64,000 nucleotides of DNA, from contig CAYQLB010000003.1 in the NCBI GenBank assembly GCA_964418415.1, forward strand, positions 12,618 through 76,617, written 5' to 3'. The notes under the pieces are model-generated. The model was given only the letters and a program-made list of their open reading frames with translations, was not told where the DNA came from and did not search any database. Position 1 is the stretch's first letter. Every line of letters begins with the position of its first letter. This document shows positions 46,972-57,201 of the stretch, one piece after another. Source of the DNA: an uncultured Candidatus Peribacteria bacterium (lineage in GTDB: Bacteria; Patescibacteriota; Gracilibacteria; Absconditabacterales; Absconditicoccaceae). The position numbers and the translations under genes are program-made.

Positions 46972-47715
46972 ATGTCTAAATTACGTCGAAAGATTAACAA
47001 TTTTTTTTGGAAGCTGGAAGGACGATTAAGATCGTCACTGTTTTTTCTATTCATTTTTTCTCTATTTCTTTTATTTCAATATAAATGGCAGAATCCTGGA
47101 ATGACCCCACTCATGCCGATTAGATTTGTAGATCAAATCATAGATAAAAGGCAGATAGTACTCAAACACACCCGGGTGCCAATCGAACAGATTTCCAATA
47201 ATATGATTTACGGTGTCATTGCTTGAGAGGATCAGAGGTATCTTGAACATCGAGGGATAGATATGGAGGCACTACGAGCTGCTTTGAAAAAAAATATCAA
47301 ACATCAGTCATTGAGTATTGGTGGGAGTACTATCACCCAACAGACAGCGAAGAATCTCTTTCTCCGGCCAGATCGTTCACTCTTCAGAAAAGCCATAGAG
47401 TTCTATTTCGCTATTATGATGGAGCTTTTATGGAGTAAAGAAAGAATTATGGAAATCTATCTCAATATTATAGAATTCTGAGATTGAATATATGGAGTCG
47501 AACAAGCTGCACAATATTACTTCGACAAACACGCAGCAGATCTTACACAGAGCCAAGCGAGTTTCCTTGTTGCTATTATGCCGAATCCGAGATATTACCA
47601 GCTCCACAAATATAATGGATGGATATCTTTCAGAAAAGGAGTCATTAATAGAGCTATCTCTAGTATGAAAAGGAATAAGGAAATGAAAATATTTGTAGAA
47701 GCAACAAAAGAATAA
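46972..47715 (+). CDS. mtgA: monofunctional biosynthetic peptidoglycan transglycosylase
   Basis: [28 protein letters not shown][CGG], [39 protein letters not shown] 46972 (a GTG at 46957 is also possible), TAA 47713. Confidence 0.9.
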
Positions 47716-47775
47716 GTTGATAACGGATTCAGTATTCCTATAGTTTTTGTATTTTATTTTTTGTAAATTTCGTAT

Positions 47776-48396
47776 ATGTTCGAATTTTTGCATCCGCTTA
47801 TAGACCGATATATGGTTCATGTTAACTATCGAAGCATAGCTGCATTAATGACGATAGAAAGTTCCTTTATACCTTTTCCTTCAGAAGTGATAGTTCCTCC
47901 GGCATGATGGAAAGTCGCTCAAGGATTGCTCAATGGATGGTTAGTGATGCTATCTGCAACCATAGGAGCATTATTGGGGGCTTTGGTTAACTATTATTTG
48001 GCTCTACGATTGGGAAGAAAAATTATCTACAGACTTGCAAACACGCGTCGAGCACATATGATTTTTATTACCAATGAATCTATAGAAAAATCTGAAACAT
48101 ATTTTCGTAAACATGGTAAAATCTCCACTTTTATTGGACGTTTGATTCCAGCTATTCGCCAATTGATCTCTATTCCAGCAGGATTAGCGAAGATGAATAT
48201 GAAACAATTTATTCTCTATACTTGTTTGTGAGCATGAGTATGGAATCTCGTACTTTTTGTAGCTGGATACTTGCTTGGGCAACATCGAGATAAGGTAATC
48301 GAATATAATCATATTTTCAAAATCATTATATACGCAATTATAGCAGCTGTGATTGTGTATTTCATCCTTCGTTACGTTTTTCGCAGAAGGAAATAA
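47776..48396 (+). CDS. dedA: DedA family membrane protein
   Basis: IAALMTIESSFIPFPSEVIVPPAG, YFRKHGKISTFIGRLIPAIRQLISIPAG, LLGQH[CGA]DKV. Confidence 0.85.
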
Positions 48397-48434
48397 CTAT
48401 ATATATCATGCTGTTTTATCTTTAAGAGAATGTT

Positions 48435-49172
48435 ATGGACAAGAAAGATTCCTTGAAGAAATTATATGAGAAGAAATATTTCGATACGACCCCTCATGCG
48501 AGAAATAGTAGGGTGGCACCACAAACACCAGGGACAAAAGTTCTGGAGATTTTTGGTTTTAAAAAAGAATGAAACATCTATCCGGAATTCGAGAACAAGA
48601 ATGTGACGGATATCTGATGAGGTTTGAGTAATTTTGCTTTCGAGCTAGCGCCGAGCGTCAAGAAGATTATTGTGGTGGATCCTACCTATCAGTATGATCT
48701 CAAGCAATGTATGGAAGATCAACACCAGAAAGCAGAGAGAAGATTAGCAAAAACAGCGGAATTACAGACAACTTGCGAAAAAGATCTTACCGAGATATTG
48801 AGTCTCGAAAAAGAAGTAGCTGAATGAATAAAGAGATGGAAAAATAATCTTCTCAATCCAGATGCCAAAATAGAACTCAATGATTCGTTTGCCCAGAATA
48901 TAGTTGGTATACCTGACAACAGCCAGGATGCGGTATTCTTTAATTTTGTCTTACATACGCTTAATGATGATGGTCCTTTGGAAGAGGATGTGCTAGTTGC
49001 AGTGAAGAATGCATATCGCATCACAAAACTAGGAGGGAAGATTTATGGTATTCACGATTCCATTTCCAAAGAAGATGAAATTATCAATGCATTGAGCAAG
49101 ACGGACTATAAACGAGATGCATGGCACAAGGATAATAAGAAATACACAGTTTTTATTATAGATAAAGAATAA
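48435..49172 (+). CDS. class I SAM-dependent methyltransferase-like protein
   Basis: VTDIGGGLSNFAFELA (motif I), IIVVDP, AVFFNFVLHTL, KLGGKIYGI. Track ORFs 48624 and 48978 are in frame. Confidence 0.55.
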
Positions 49173-49175
49173 TCT

Positions 49176-49622
49176 ATGAATATCGTTATTCTCGAAAATA
49201 TCCGTTCCGCCTACAATGTGGGAAACATTATTCGTACTGCAGATGCACTTGGATGGCAGGTCCGATTGACGTGATATACACCATCTCCGGAAGATACACA
49301 GAAAGTTGTAAAGACATCATTGTGAGCTGAAAAGAATGTATGATTGAAACAATTTGATCATACGCCAGAGGCGATCAAATTTGCAAAGAAAGAGTGAATG
49401 ATTGTCATCGCTGCAGAAATCACTCAAAATTCAATTTCTTTGGATACTTTCAAAAAAACGACTTCTAATATCGCTATCATATTTGGTAACGAAGTCGATG
49501 GGGTACTCGATTCTACCTTAAAACTCGTTGATCATATAGTTCATATTCCGATGCAATGAGTGAAAGAATCACTCAATGTTGGCCAAACATCAGCTATTTT
49601 TATGCGAGAATTAAATAACTAA
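49176..49622 (+). CDS. SpoU/TrmH-family RNA 2'-O-methyltransferase
   Basis: ENIRSAYNVGNIIRTADALG, IIFGNEVDGV, IPMQGVKESLNVGQTSAI. Confidence 0.8.
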
Positions 49623-49692
49623 AAGACAGATTGGATGAGAGAGATGTAAGAGAATCTTATTTGTCTTTATTATCTCATCTATCTTTTTAATG

Positions 49693-49722
49693 TTGCTATT
49701 TTATAGGAAATATATATAGTAT
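49693..49722 (+). promoter_or_regulatory. promoter cassette variant TTGCTATTTTATAGGAAATATATATAGTAT
   Basis: Related to the cassettes at 42246 and 43904. It lies ~40 nt upstream of ATG 49759. Confidence 0.4.
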
Positions 49723-49758
49723 AAAAACAAAAAAACAAAATCTCTAATTAAAAATTTT

Positions 49759-50625
49759 ATGGAAGAAAAAAATGTGAAGTATCCAATTATTTTGGAAAAA
49801 CCAACCACGAGAGTGGTTGTAGAGTTCTTACTGAAGCAGTTTGGCATAAGAATTTCAGGAAGCACAAAAGTGTTTCTCTGTCAAAAAGAAACCTGCGAAG
49901 TGGACTTAGATGTCCCTGTGACCAATTACGGTGCAAATGCCGCATCAGAGCATTTTATCTGTGTTTTTTCTTTGGATAAGCAAAAAGGTATCGTACCTTT
50001 GCTGCCATTCAAGGAGATGTCAGAGAAACTTGTCTCCGGAAGCTGGCCCGAAGCAGACCAGACCATCAGAGATGTAGTGAAAGAATGTACCATTAAACCG
50101 GACTTCATAATCACCTATGGGAGATTACAGATGCCGAGCGGTATCAGTGAAATGTGTTGGTGTATCCATGAGGTTTTGCAAGACAACGAAAGTGGTATTT
50201 TCGACAGTAAAGCAACGGTCCCGGAAGTAGTCCAATTGTTCACGGAATATTTGTGGACATTAGCCAATTTGTCGAAGCTATCGCCTGAGACCGCAAAGAA
50301 ATCTTGCGATGAAATTGTGGATGAAAATGCCGAACCCGCAGAAATTGCTGATGTATTCAGAGTTGAGGATGTAGTTCTCTATGTTCTGAATCAGGTACCG
50401 TTTGAAAAGCAAAAGAAATTGTGTAAATGCTTTTGCCAAAAAAAGCCGGAGTTCGAAGAATATGCAGCCAAAATCGATGATTGGGACTCGAAAACATTGA
50501 GAACGTTTATACTTCAGCATGATGTGCTCAATCATTTTGAAAGCTATCGCGAAATGATTGTTGAAGCAATGCAGCAAATGATGCCCGATGAGGGGTTAAT
50601 AGACCCCATTGGCGACGAAGTATAA
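49759..50625 (+). CDS. hypothetical cytoplasmic protein (288 aa), TGA/CGA/CGG-free, higher G+C
   Basis: Uninterrupted in both codes, with its own promoter and a strong terminator. I recognise no motif. Confidence 0.6.
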   Translation: MEEKNVKYPIILEKPTTRVVVEFLLKQFGIRISGSTKVFLCQKETCEVDLDVPVTNYGANAASEHFICVFSLDKQKGIVPLLPFKEMSEKLVSGSWPEADQTIRDVVKECTIKPDFIITYGRLQMPSGISEMCWCIHEVLQDNESGIFDSKATVPEVVQLFTEYLWTLANLSKLSPETAKKSCDEIVDENAEPAEIADVFRVEDVVLYVLNQVPFEKQKKLCKCFCQKKPEFEEYAAKIDDWDSKTLRTFILQHDVLNHFESYREMIVEAMQQMMPDEGLIDPIGDEV

Positions 50626-50643
50626 TCAGAAGTATTTTACAAA

Positions 50644-50672
50644 AGTCCCGGTTGTTTGCCGGGATTTTTTTT
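50644..50672 (+). terminator. rho-independent terminator
   Basis: tcccgg ttgtttg ccggga followed by T8. Confidence 0.8.
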
Positions 50673-50708
50673 ATCATAGAAAAAGAGAACTATTATGGCG
50701 TATAAGAT

Positions 50709-51290
50709 TTATTGTATTTCGAAGGTTGAAATCATCTCATCTATGGTCTGTGCAAATTCATCAAAAGTAGATTGTAGTGCTGTATATGTTATAATATAGA
50801 CTATCTTATCTTTGATGATATAGATTGTTTCTTGCTGAAGTTTTGTGTCACCTTGGGTTAATGTATAGATAATCTTTTTTGCTTCGATGTTATTGATGGT
50901 GATAGTTTCATTACTCACTTCGGTATAATCAGGAAATATCTTGATAATATTTTGCTGATGATGTAGTGTAGAATAATCATCCAATGAATAGGATCTTTCT
51001 AGTTCTTTTTTTGCGATACCGACATTTTCTTTGAGAGTATCACCTTCGCCAAGGGGAGAGAGAAACATAACCAAAGATCCATAGACATTTTCTTCAAATG
51101 TCCGGGTATCAGGATATTGGAGAGTGAATTTATGAGAAGTGGCTTCGTAAGTCTGCCATGTAATAGTATCTTGTACATCTGTAGTGGTTACTTCCGTTAG
51201 AGATTGATTTTTTGTACATCCAAACATCACGAGGAGTGACGTAAATAAGACTAATGAGATGATTTTTTTCATGTATTTCTGTTTAAACAA
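50709..51290 (-). CDS. lipoprotein (lipobox MFGC)
   Basis: MFKQKYMKKIISLVLFTSLLVMFGCTKNQ. 193 aa, TAA stop at 50709. Confidence 0.65.
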   Translation of the reverse strand: MFKQKYMKKIISLVLFTSLLVMFGCTKNQSLTEVTTTDVQDTITWQTYEATSHKFTLQYPDTRTFEENVYGSLVMFLSPLGEGDTLKENVGIAKKELERSYSLDDYSTLHHQQNIIKIFPDYTEVSNETITINNIEAKKIIYTLTQGDTKLQQETIYIIKDKIVYIITYTALQSTFDEFAQTIDEMISTFEIQ

Positions 51291-51308
51291 TAAAAAGTAA
51301 ACGAGGTA

Positions 51309-52106
51309 TTATAGAGATGATAATCAATCCGTTTCGTTTTTCAAGAAAACGCTCTTACTAGCTATGAGAAGAGAATTTTGTGATGTTTTCCATCATGTGA
51401 TTTTTTTTCACTTAGCTACATAACCGATATGCTGTAGAGTAAATCCACTGAGTGAAAGTAATTTTTGTAATTCAGATAGAGTAAATATATGGTAAAATCT
51501 CCATGCTATGGTTTTGCCGTTTTTTCGTGGGATCATAAGATCGTTTCGTTTGTACTTACCAAAAGAACTAATAAATCTTCGGCATGAACGTAAGAGATCT
51601 ATTTTGAATTTTTTTAGAAATCGTCGAGAAAAGGATCGATTGTTCATCATAAATTTTCCGTCATATTTCAATATTCTATAGATGTTTTTGATCAGAAAAA
51701 ATCTTTCTTTGATAGTTGGTAGATGTTGAAAACTCGCTATACCGACAACAAAATCAAAGGATTCTTGTTTCAATGTTTGTATATAATGAACGATGTCGTC
51801 GTGTACGAATTCTGCAGAAATATATTTCGGAATATTTTTCCCGCTTACCTGTTTCTTCGCGAACTTTAATAATTCCTTGGAAAGATCGACCCCGATGTAG
51901 TGGATATTCATTCCTTTGAGCTCTGTAAGGTGAGTAAGAAATCTACCGCTTCCGCAGCCAAATTCTAATATTTTGATTATTTTCTTATTGCAATTTTGTA
52001 GTTCGTCGAGAAAAATATCTGCATCAGCTCGATGTTTGTTTCTTGTATGATAGTACTTTTCAGCTTCTGTATCGTAGAAGCGAGTTAAGGATTTCTTGAT
52101 ATCCAT
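51309..52106 (-). CDS. class I SAM-dependent methyltransferase
   Basis: ILEFGCGSGRFL (motif I), IGVDLS, DFVVGIASFQHL. The standard-code stop TGA 51408 is read through for 33 codons to TAA 51309. Confidence 0.75.
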
Positions 52107-52159
52107 ACTAAAAAACTATAATTTTAAATTTCTAATTTTTAATTTCTAAAACCTAAAAG

Positions 52160-53161
52160 CTAAGAACTAAAGTCTAGTTGTTGTCAGACCATGCGTTCGG
52201 TTTCCTTAATCTCTTTACAAGATTTCTCTATCAGTTCGTCTAGAGTGAAAGTGATTTCTTCTCCCTCGATGAAAAGTTTTTTGAAATGCATGAGATAGAG
52301 AAAAATAAGCATCGTCATTCTAACATCATTCTTACAATATTTTTTGAATTCTTCCAGTGCATCGAGATCGTTTTCTTCCAGATATTTTTTGTAGAGAATT
52401 TCTCATTCTGCTCATGAACTCAGTGTTTTACTGATATTGACAAGCGCTTCAGCAATTTTATTTAATCATAGCCTTTTACCGGTCATAGCTCGGACAAAGA
52501 GAAAGAGGTCGATGCTTTTTTCATTGATTTTTTTGATATCATCTTCATTGCCTCAGATGTTATATACAGAGACGATATTGTCGAACGCTATGCTGTTGAA
52601 TCCTACAATATATCAGTCGAAGTCCAGCATCTTTTGTACAAATGTTCTAAGTTCTTCTTGATCAATATATTCATAGGTCATCCTGTTGCCATCAGTAGGG
52701 TGCATCGCATATGCTAAAAGGAATTTTGTTTCTTTGAGATTTTCGATGTTGGTATCTGTTTCTATATCGTAGACCATATATTTTTTTCCTCAGATGGTAG
52801 AATATTTTCCTGTATGGAATTCGTCGAGAAGAATCTGTTCGATGGATTTCTGTCCAGTAACTCTTTCTTTTTTTATGAAAAAGTTTTTGACCATAGTTTG
52901 GAACTCTCTTTTACCTTGATCGTCGAGAATGAGTTGTATTTTTTCTCTTTCGTCCATGAGGATATATTCGTTACCGGTATCTTGGAATCTGAAGGTAAAA
53001 TCTCACCTATTCATATAGTAAATTTCTTTCCCTTCCTTGAATATCTTTTTGAATAAATCACTTGCTATCATACAATGCTCCTTTTTGAGAATACCATAAA
53101 AGTTTACAAGAAAATTGTTCTGTACTGTCTTGAGTTCGTTGATAGTGAATCTTTTGTACAT
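52160..53161 (-). CDS. DEDD-type 3'-5' exonuclease (RNase H-like fold, YprB/PolB-exo-like)
   Basis: Exo I MVYDIETD, Exo II IVGFNSIAFD, Exo III YCKNDVRM. I checked the 5' part codon by codon. TAG stop at 52160. Confidence 0.65.
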
Positions 53162-53169
53162 ACTTTCAA

Positions 53170-53247
53170 AACAATTTTAAATTTTCAATTTCTAATTTCT
53201 AAACATAAGAATATGTTTGAAAATTGAAAATTAGAAATTAGAAATTA
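53170..53247. repeat. AT-rich imperfect inverted repeat built from aattttMaattt / agaaatt units
   Basis: caattttaaattttcaatttctaatttctaaacata agaa tatgtttgaaaattgaaaattagaaattagaaatt, between two minus-strand genes. Confidence 0.8.
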
Positions 53248-55416
53248 CTCCTTTTTGAGTCGTTCCTGGTAATTCTGCCATGCCGTGAGATCCGAATTTT
53301 TGATTGTTGCTAACGGATCTATGACAAAAGAATTTATAGTGTTTTGGTGTTCATCATCAAGCGGTAAATTGAGATTCTGTATGATATATGGAGTAGTGTT
53401 AGCCAGAATATCTTTGAAATATAAAGGTCAAAGAGTGTTTGTACTTAGCGTATAGTTTGCTATAAAATTGATAGTACCGATACTAAAATCAACGAAGATT
53501 TTACCCTCTTGATCAGCAATATCATTTGCTTTGATTCCGAGATATTGCTGTATTTTTTCAAAAACAACAATAGCATTGGTTGTTCCTTCATGGGTTTGAG
53601 TAGGTTTCTTATATTTAAGGATAGCTTTGATGATGTCTTCCAATGAAGAACTATTGGCAACAATTTCGCTGTAAGAAGTTTTGATTGAATTTTCCAATGC
53701 TGTATCAGAAGAAGTGATATTCTCAAGTCAACCATCTTTAAACGTAAAGGTGTAACGGATAGATTTTTGTTCTATGGTAGTACCTGTATTGGTGCAAGAA
53801 TGAATGATAAGTGTTTTTATTTCATTCAATGATGGACAAAGATCGCTGGATGCAGAGACAGGTGCGTTTTCTTGCTCATAGAAAACAAGATTTTTGGAAA
53901 TATAACTATAGAGCTCTCCTATAGAAAAGTCTTTGATGAGGAGAAGATTCTTGATGACATCATTGATTTCCGCTCTATTCTGGAGATTGATGCTTTTGAT
54001 CAAAAGCATATCATTCGTATAGGTCATGATGATGTGTGTTTTGATAGTTTCATTACTTTCTGGCGAAAAGAACTTAAGATAACCAATAATATCAATGGTA
54101 TCTATAGATATACTCTTTTTTTCGATAGTGAGATAAGATAGTGCTTTAAGTTTTTTATTGATTTTATCTTCCATACTCATGATTGCAGTAGTTCCTGTAC
54201 TATTGTTTTTTTGTGTAAGCAATGCTGTATTGTGTATCTCGCTATTTAGTCACGAAAAACCAAGCATAGGTTCTCATTCATTGATCGTTTTGATAGCAGT
54301 GAGTAATCATGCTATTTTACTACTTCCCAAATTTTGGGTAAAGATTGTGGTTTGGTAAGCTGCCTTTTCAAGTGATAGAGAAAGATATTTGTTATTATAT
54401 CGATAGATTTCATCTTTGTAGAATGGAGCAATACTATCTTTCTGGAGAATTTCTCTTACAAAATCTAAATATATGTTTATTTTGTAGGTATCAATTTTGT
54501 TGATGAGGAAATCCTGATAAAGTTGTTGTTGATAAGAAAGGAGTTTGTATTCATTGAGTAGGGGATCCTTATAGCTGAGTTTTTCAAATGATTGATTTTC
54601 TAATCCACGTTGAATCTCCATAAAAAGCGTTGTTCTTTTGAAAATATCAAAATATTGATCTCAGCAAAGGGTAAATAAGTTTTCTATGATAGTACTTTGA
54701 TCGTTGGAATAGAGAAGATATTTAGATAATCCATCACAGAATTGAGTTTTATTTGTTGTATTGTTTTTGATGGCACCGAAAACATTTTGAAGTCCAGTAT
54801 AGTCCTTGGAAATCATATAAACGAAAAAGCTGTCTAAGAAATTGTCTAGATAATAGTCGCAAGTTTTTTTGGAGAGTTTGCTTTCGAAAATACAGGAAAG
54901 ATTGAAACTCTCTATTATATCTTTTGTAAGTGGTAATTGTACACGAGTAAATGGCTTATTAATAGTGATTTTTTTGGTGAAAATGAATGTATTGATAAAA
55001 TTTTCTAGTTCTTCTATATCATATTCGCTTCCAGAAAAATAGGTTATATGCTTGATAGGAAGTGTACTATAGAAGTAAAAATATCTCGGTATGACAAATC
55101 ATTTATAACTAATGAGATTATTGACGGATTTTATAAATCATTCTTCGGTCTGAAAATCTCATTGAAGGATATGGATATCTATGTCGTTATTCTTGATATT
55201 TTGTTTCATGAATTTACTGAATTCTGCAATGAGTTTCGTCTTTTCAATTAATAAAGAATCATCTCCTTGAAATACGACTACGCGTGTTGATTTGGAGAGA
55301 ATACTTTGAAAAAGGAAAAATCCTACGATGATGGCAACGAAAAAAATAAGATAGTGAAAGAAAAATCTAGATATACCTTTGTAGGTGGTTATGATTTTTG
55401 TTTTTTGTTCTTCCAT
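53245..55416 (-). CDS. hypothetical membrane-anchored protein (723 aa)
   Basis: N-terminal anchor FFFHYLIFFVAIIVGFFLF. Track ORFs 53428, 53728, 54307 and 55159 share one frame. I checked the gap 54900-55160 codon by codon. No motif recognised. Confidence 0.65.
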
Positions 55417-55653
55417 ATATAAGAATCTTTGGATAAAGGGGTATTTATAGGAGTAAGTATACTGTTTTTGGCTTCATTTGTCAACGTTAATGCGAAGATA
55501 GAGAACGAATACCACTATGTCTTGAAGTACCTAAATATTCAGAACAATAAGTTTTTATGTGAAAATTGTCAATAATGCCCTTGCAATTAGTGCGTTTTTT
55601 TTTATACAGCGGGTGCGTTAATCGTATTTTTTATATAATAAAGCTATAGTACT

Positions 55654-55860
55654 ATGAAGAAATTACTTACTCTAGCAGCTCTTGTAGCTGGTGTAGCTCT
55701 TTTCGCTGGATGCATGAATAAACCAGTAGAAGAAGAAACTATCGTAGAAGAGACACCAGTAGTAGAAGAAGTTACAACTGAAGAAGTAACTCCTGCAGTA
55801 GAAGAAACTACTACAGAAACTACTACAGAAGAAGCAGCTCCAGAAGCTACAGCAGAATAA
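55654..55860 (+). CDS. small acidic lipoprotein (lipobox FAGC, E/T/V-rich tail)
   Basis: MKKLLTLAALVAGVALFAGCMNKP followed by EETxVEE low-complexity sequence. TAA stop, then a terminator. Confidence 0.6.
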   Translation: MKKLLTLAALVAGVALFAGCMNKPVEEETIVEETPVVEEVTTEEVTPAVEETTTETTTEEAAPEATAE

Positions 55861-55902
55861 TTCCCTACATAGATAGGTTGAAATCCTCTGTAAAACAACT
55901 AA

Positions 55903-55927
55903 AAAGAGTCGAAAGACTCTTTTTTTA
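55903..55927 (+). terminator. rho-independent terminator
   Basis: aagagtc gaaa gactctt followed by a T-run. Confidence 0.75.
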
Positions 55928-55941
55928 TATACATAATAAAC

Positions 55942-56625
55942 ATGCGTTTAACTGCTTACATCCAAAGTAACCATCAGATATCCCGTAGAGCTTTTGTTGA
56001 TATGATCAAACACGGCTATGTTTTGGTGAATACCAAAAAAGTAGAATCATATGCAGAGGAGGTCAAATCAGGTGATATTGTTGAAATTACCGCACCCAAT
56101 TTTAAACTCAAGGATACAGTAAAAGGAGAAAAAACAAGTTCGACTATCATCCTGTTTAATAAACCAAAAGGATATGTTACTTCCAAATCTGATCCACACA
56201 ATGAAACAATTTACGATATTTTACCACCGGAATTTAAAAAATATTATTATATCTGAAGACTGGACAAAGATTCTCATTGACTACTTCTTTTGACCGATGA
56301 TCCAGGATTGGTCAATTCTTATGAGCATCCCAAAAACGGTATCGAAAAAGAGTACGACATCGAGTTAGACAAAGACCTTGCTCCAAGAGATCGTATTCAG
56401 GCAATCCAGGGAGTGAAGGATGGAGAAGATATGTTGAAAGCACTCAAAATTATCCAGATAAAAAGATATCACTTTAGAGTGTTATTGAACGAAGGAAAAA
56501 AGCGCCACATTCGCAGATTATTTCAAGTGTTATGATATCATGTCTTGGATTTACAGAGGATACGTGAAGGACAATATAGATTAGATAATATCAGGATCGG
56601 AGAACGGAGAATTGTAGGAAAATAA
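55942..56625 (+). CDS. RsuA/RluB-family rRNA pseudouridine synthase (S4 domain + catalytic domain)
   Basis: YYIGRLDKDSHGLLLLTDD (catalytic Asp box; two of its Gly are TGA), EKEYDIE, EGKKRHIRRLF, IGE[CGG]RIV. Confidence 0.85.
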
Positions 56626-56630
56626 AAAAA

Positions 56631-56651
56631 ACTGCTGGAAAATCCAGCAGT
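56631..56651. terminator. hairpin terminator shared by convergent genes
   Basis: ctgctgga aaa tccagcag with an A8 run on the plus side, which is a T-run for the minus-strand gene. Confidence 0.7.
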
Positions 56652-56670
56652 AATAATGAAGATAATAATA

Positions 56671-57159
56671 TTATTTCCTTGTTTTCAGGTGTTCACTAAC
56701 AGCATGCATCAATGTATTTAACTCACTCGTTTCTGAGCAGAGTCTCTTGGGGATGCTGAGAGGACGAGTTCCTCCCATAAATGACCAAGTACCCTGATAT
56801 TCGAGTGTGCTTTGACCTTCGATATGGATACAGGATCCTTTGGGGATTCCTTTGTAGTCCTCAGTCGTCCAGACTTCTTTGGGTAAAGAAGCAGTAGAAT
56901 TATTATCTTGATGTTTTAGAACTTCTGCTTGGAATCTTTCATAAAATTCCGTCAGGATATTGGCCTCATTTTTTCCTTGTGCCCGATTGGAAATCGTAGT
57001 TATCCTATTGGATAGCGTATGGTACGATGGATCAGATTCCGCGAGCTTTTGCATCATTTTTTTGAGACTAAGGAGCTCTGATTTACTGATATAGGTCTGC
57101 TTCATGATCTTTGCGAGAAACGTAGCAGCATTATCAAAAAAAGAATTGTTCGTTTTCAT
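56671..57159 (-). CDS. hypothetical protein (162 aa), TGA-free, higher G+C
   Basis: Intact in both codes, TAA stop, own terminator. No motif recognised. Confidence 0.55.
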   Translation of the reverse strand: MKTNNSFFDNAATFLAKIMKQTYISKSELLSLKKMMQKLAESDPSYHTLSNRITTISNRAQGKNEANILTEFYERFQAEVLKHQDNNSTASLPKEVWTTEDYKGIPKGSCIHIEGQSTLEYQGTWSFMGGTRPLSIPKRLCSETSELNTLMHAVSEHLKTRK

Positions 57160-57201
57160 ACTATTTTGTTTTTGGATGAGTATATGAGATTTTTATTTTG
57201 C

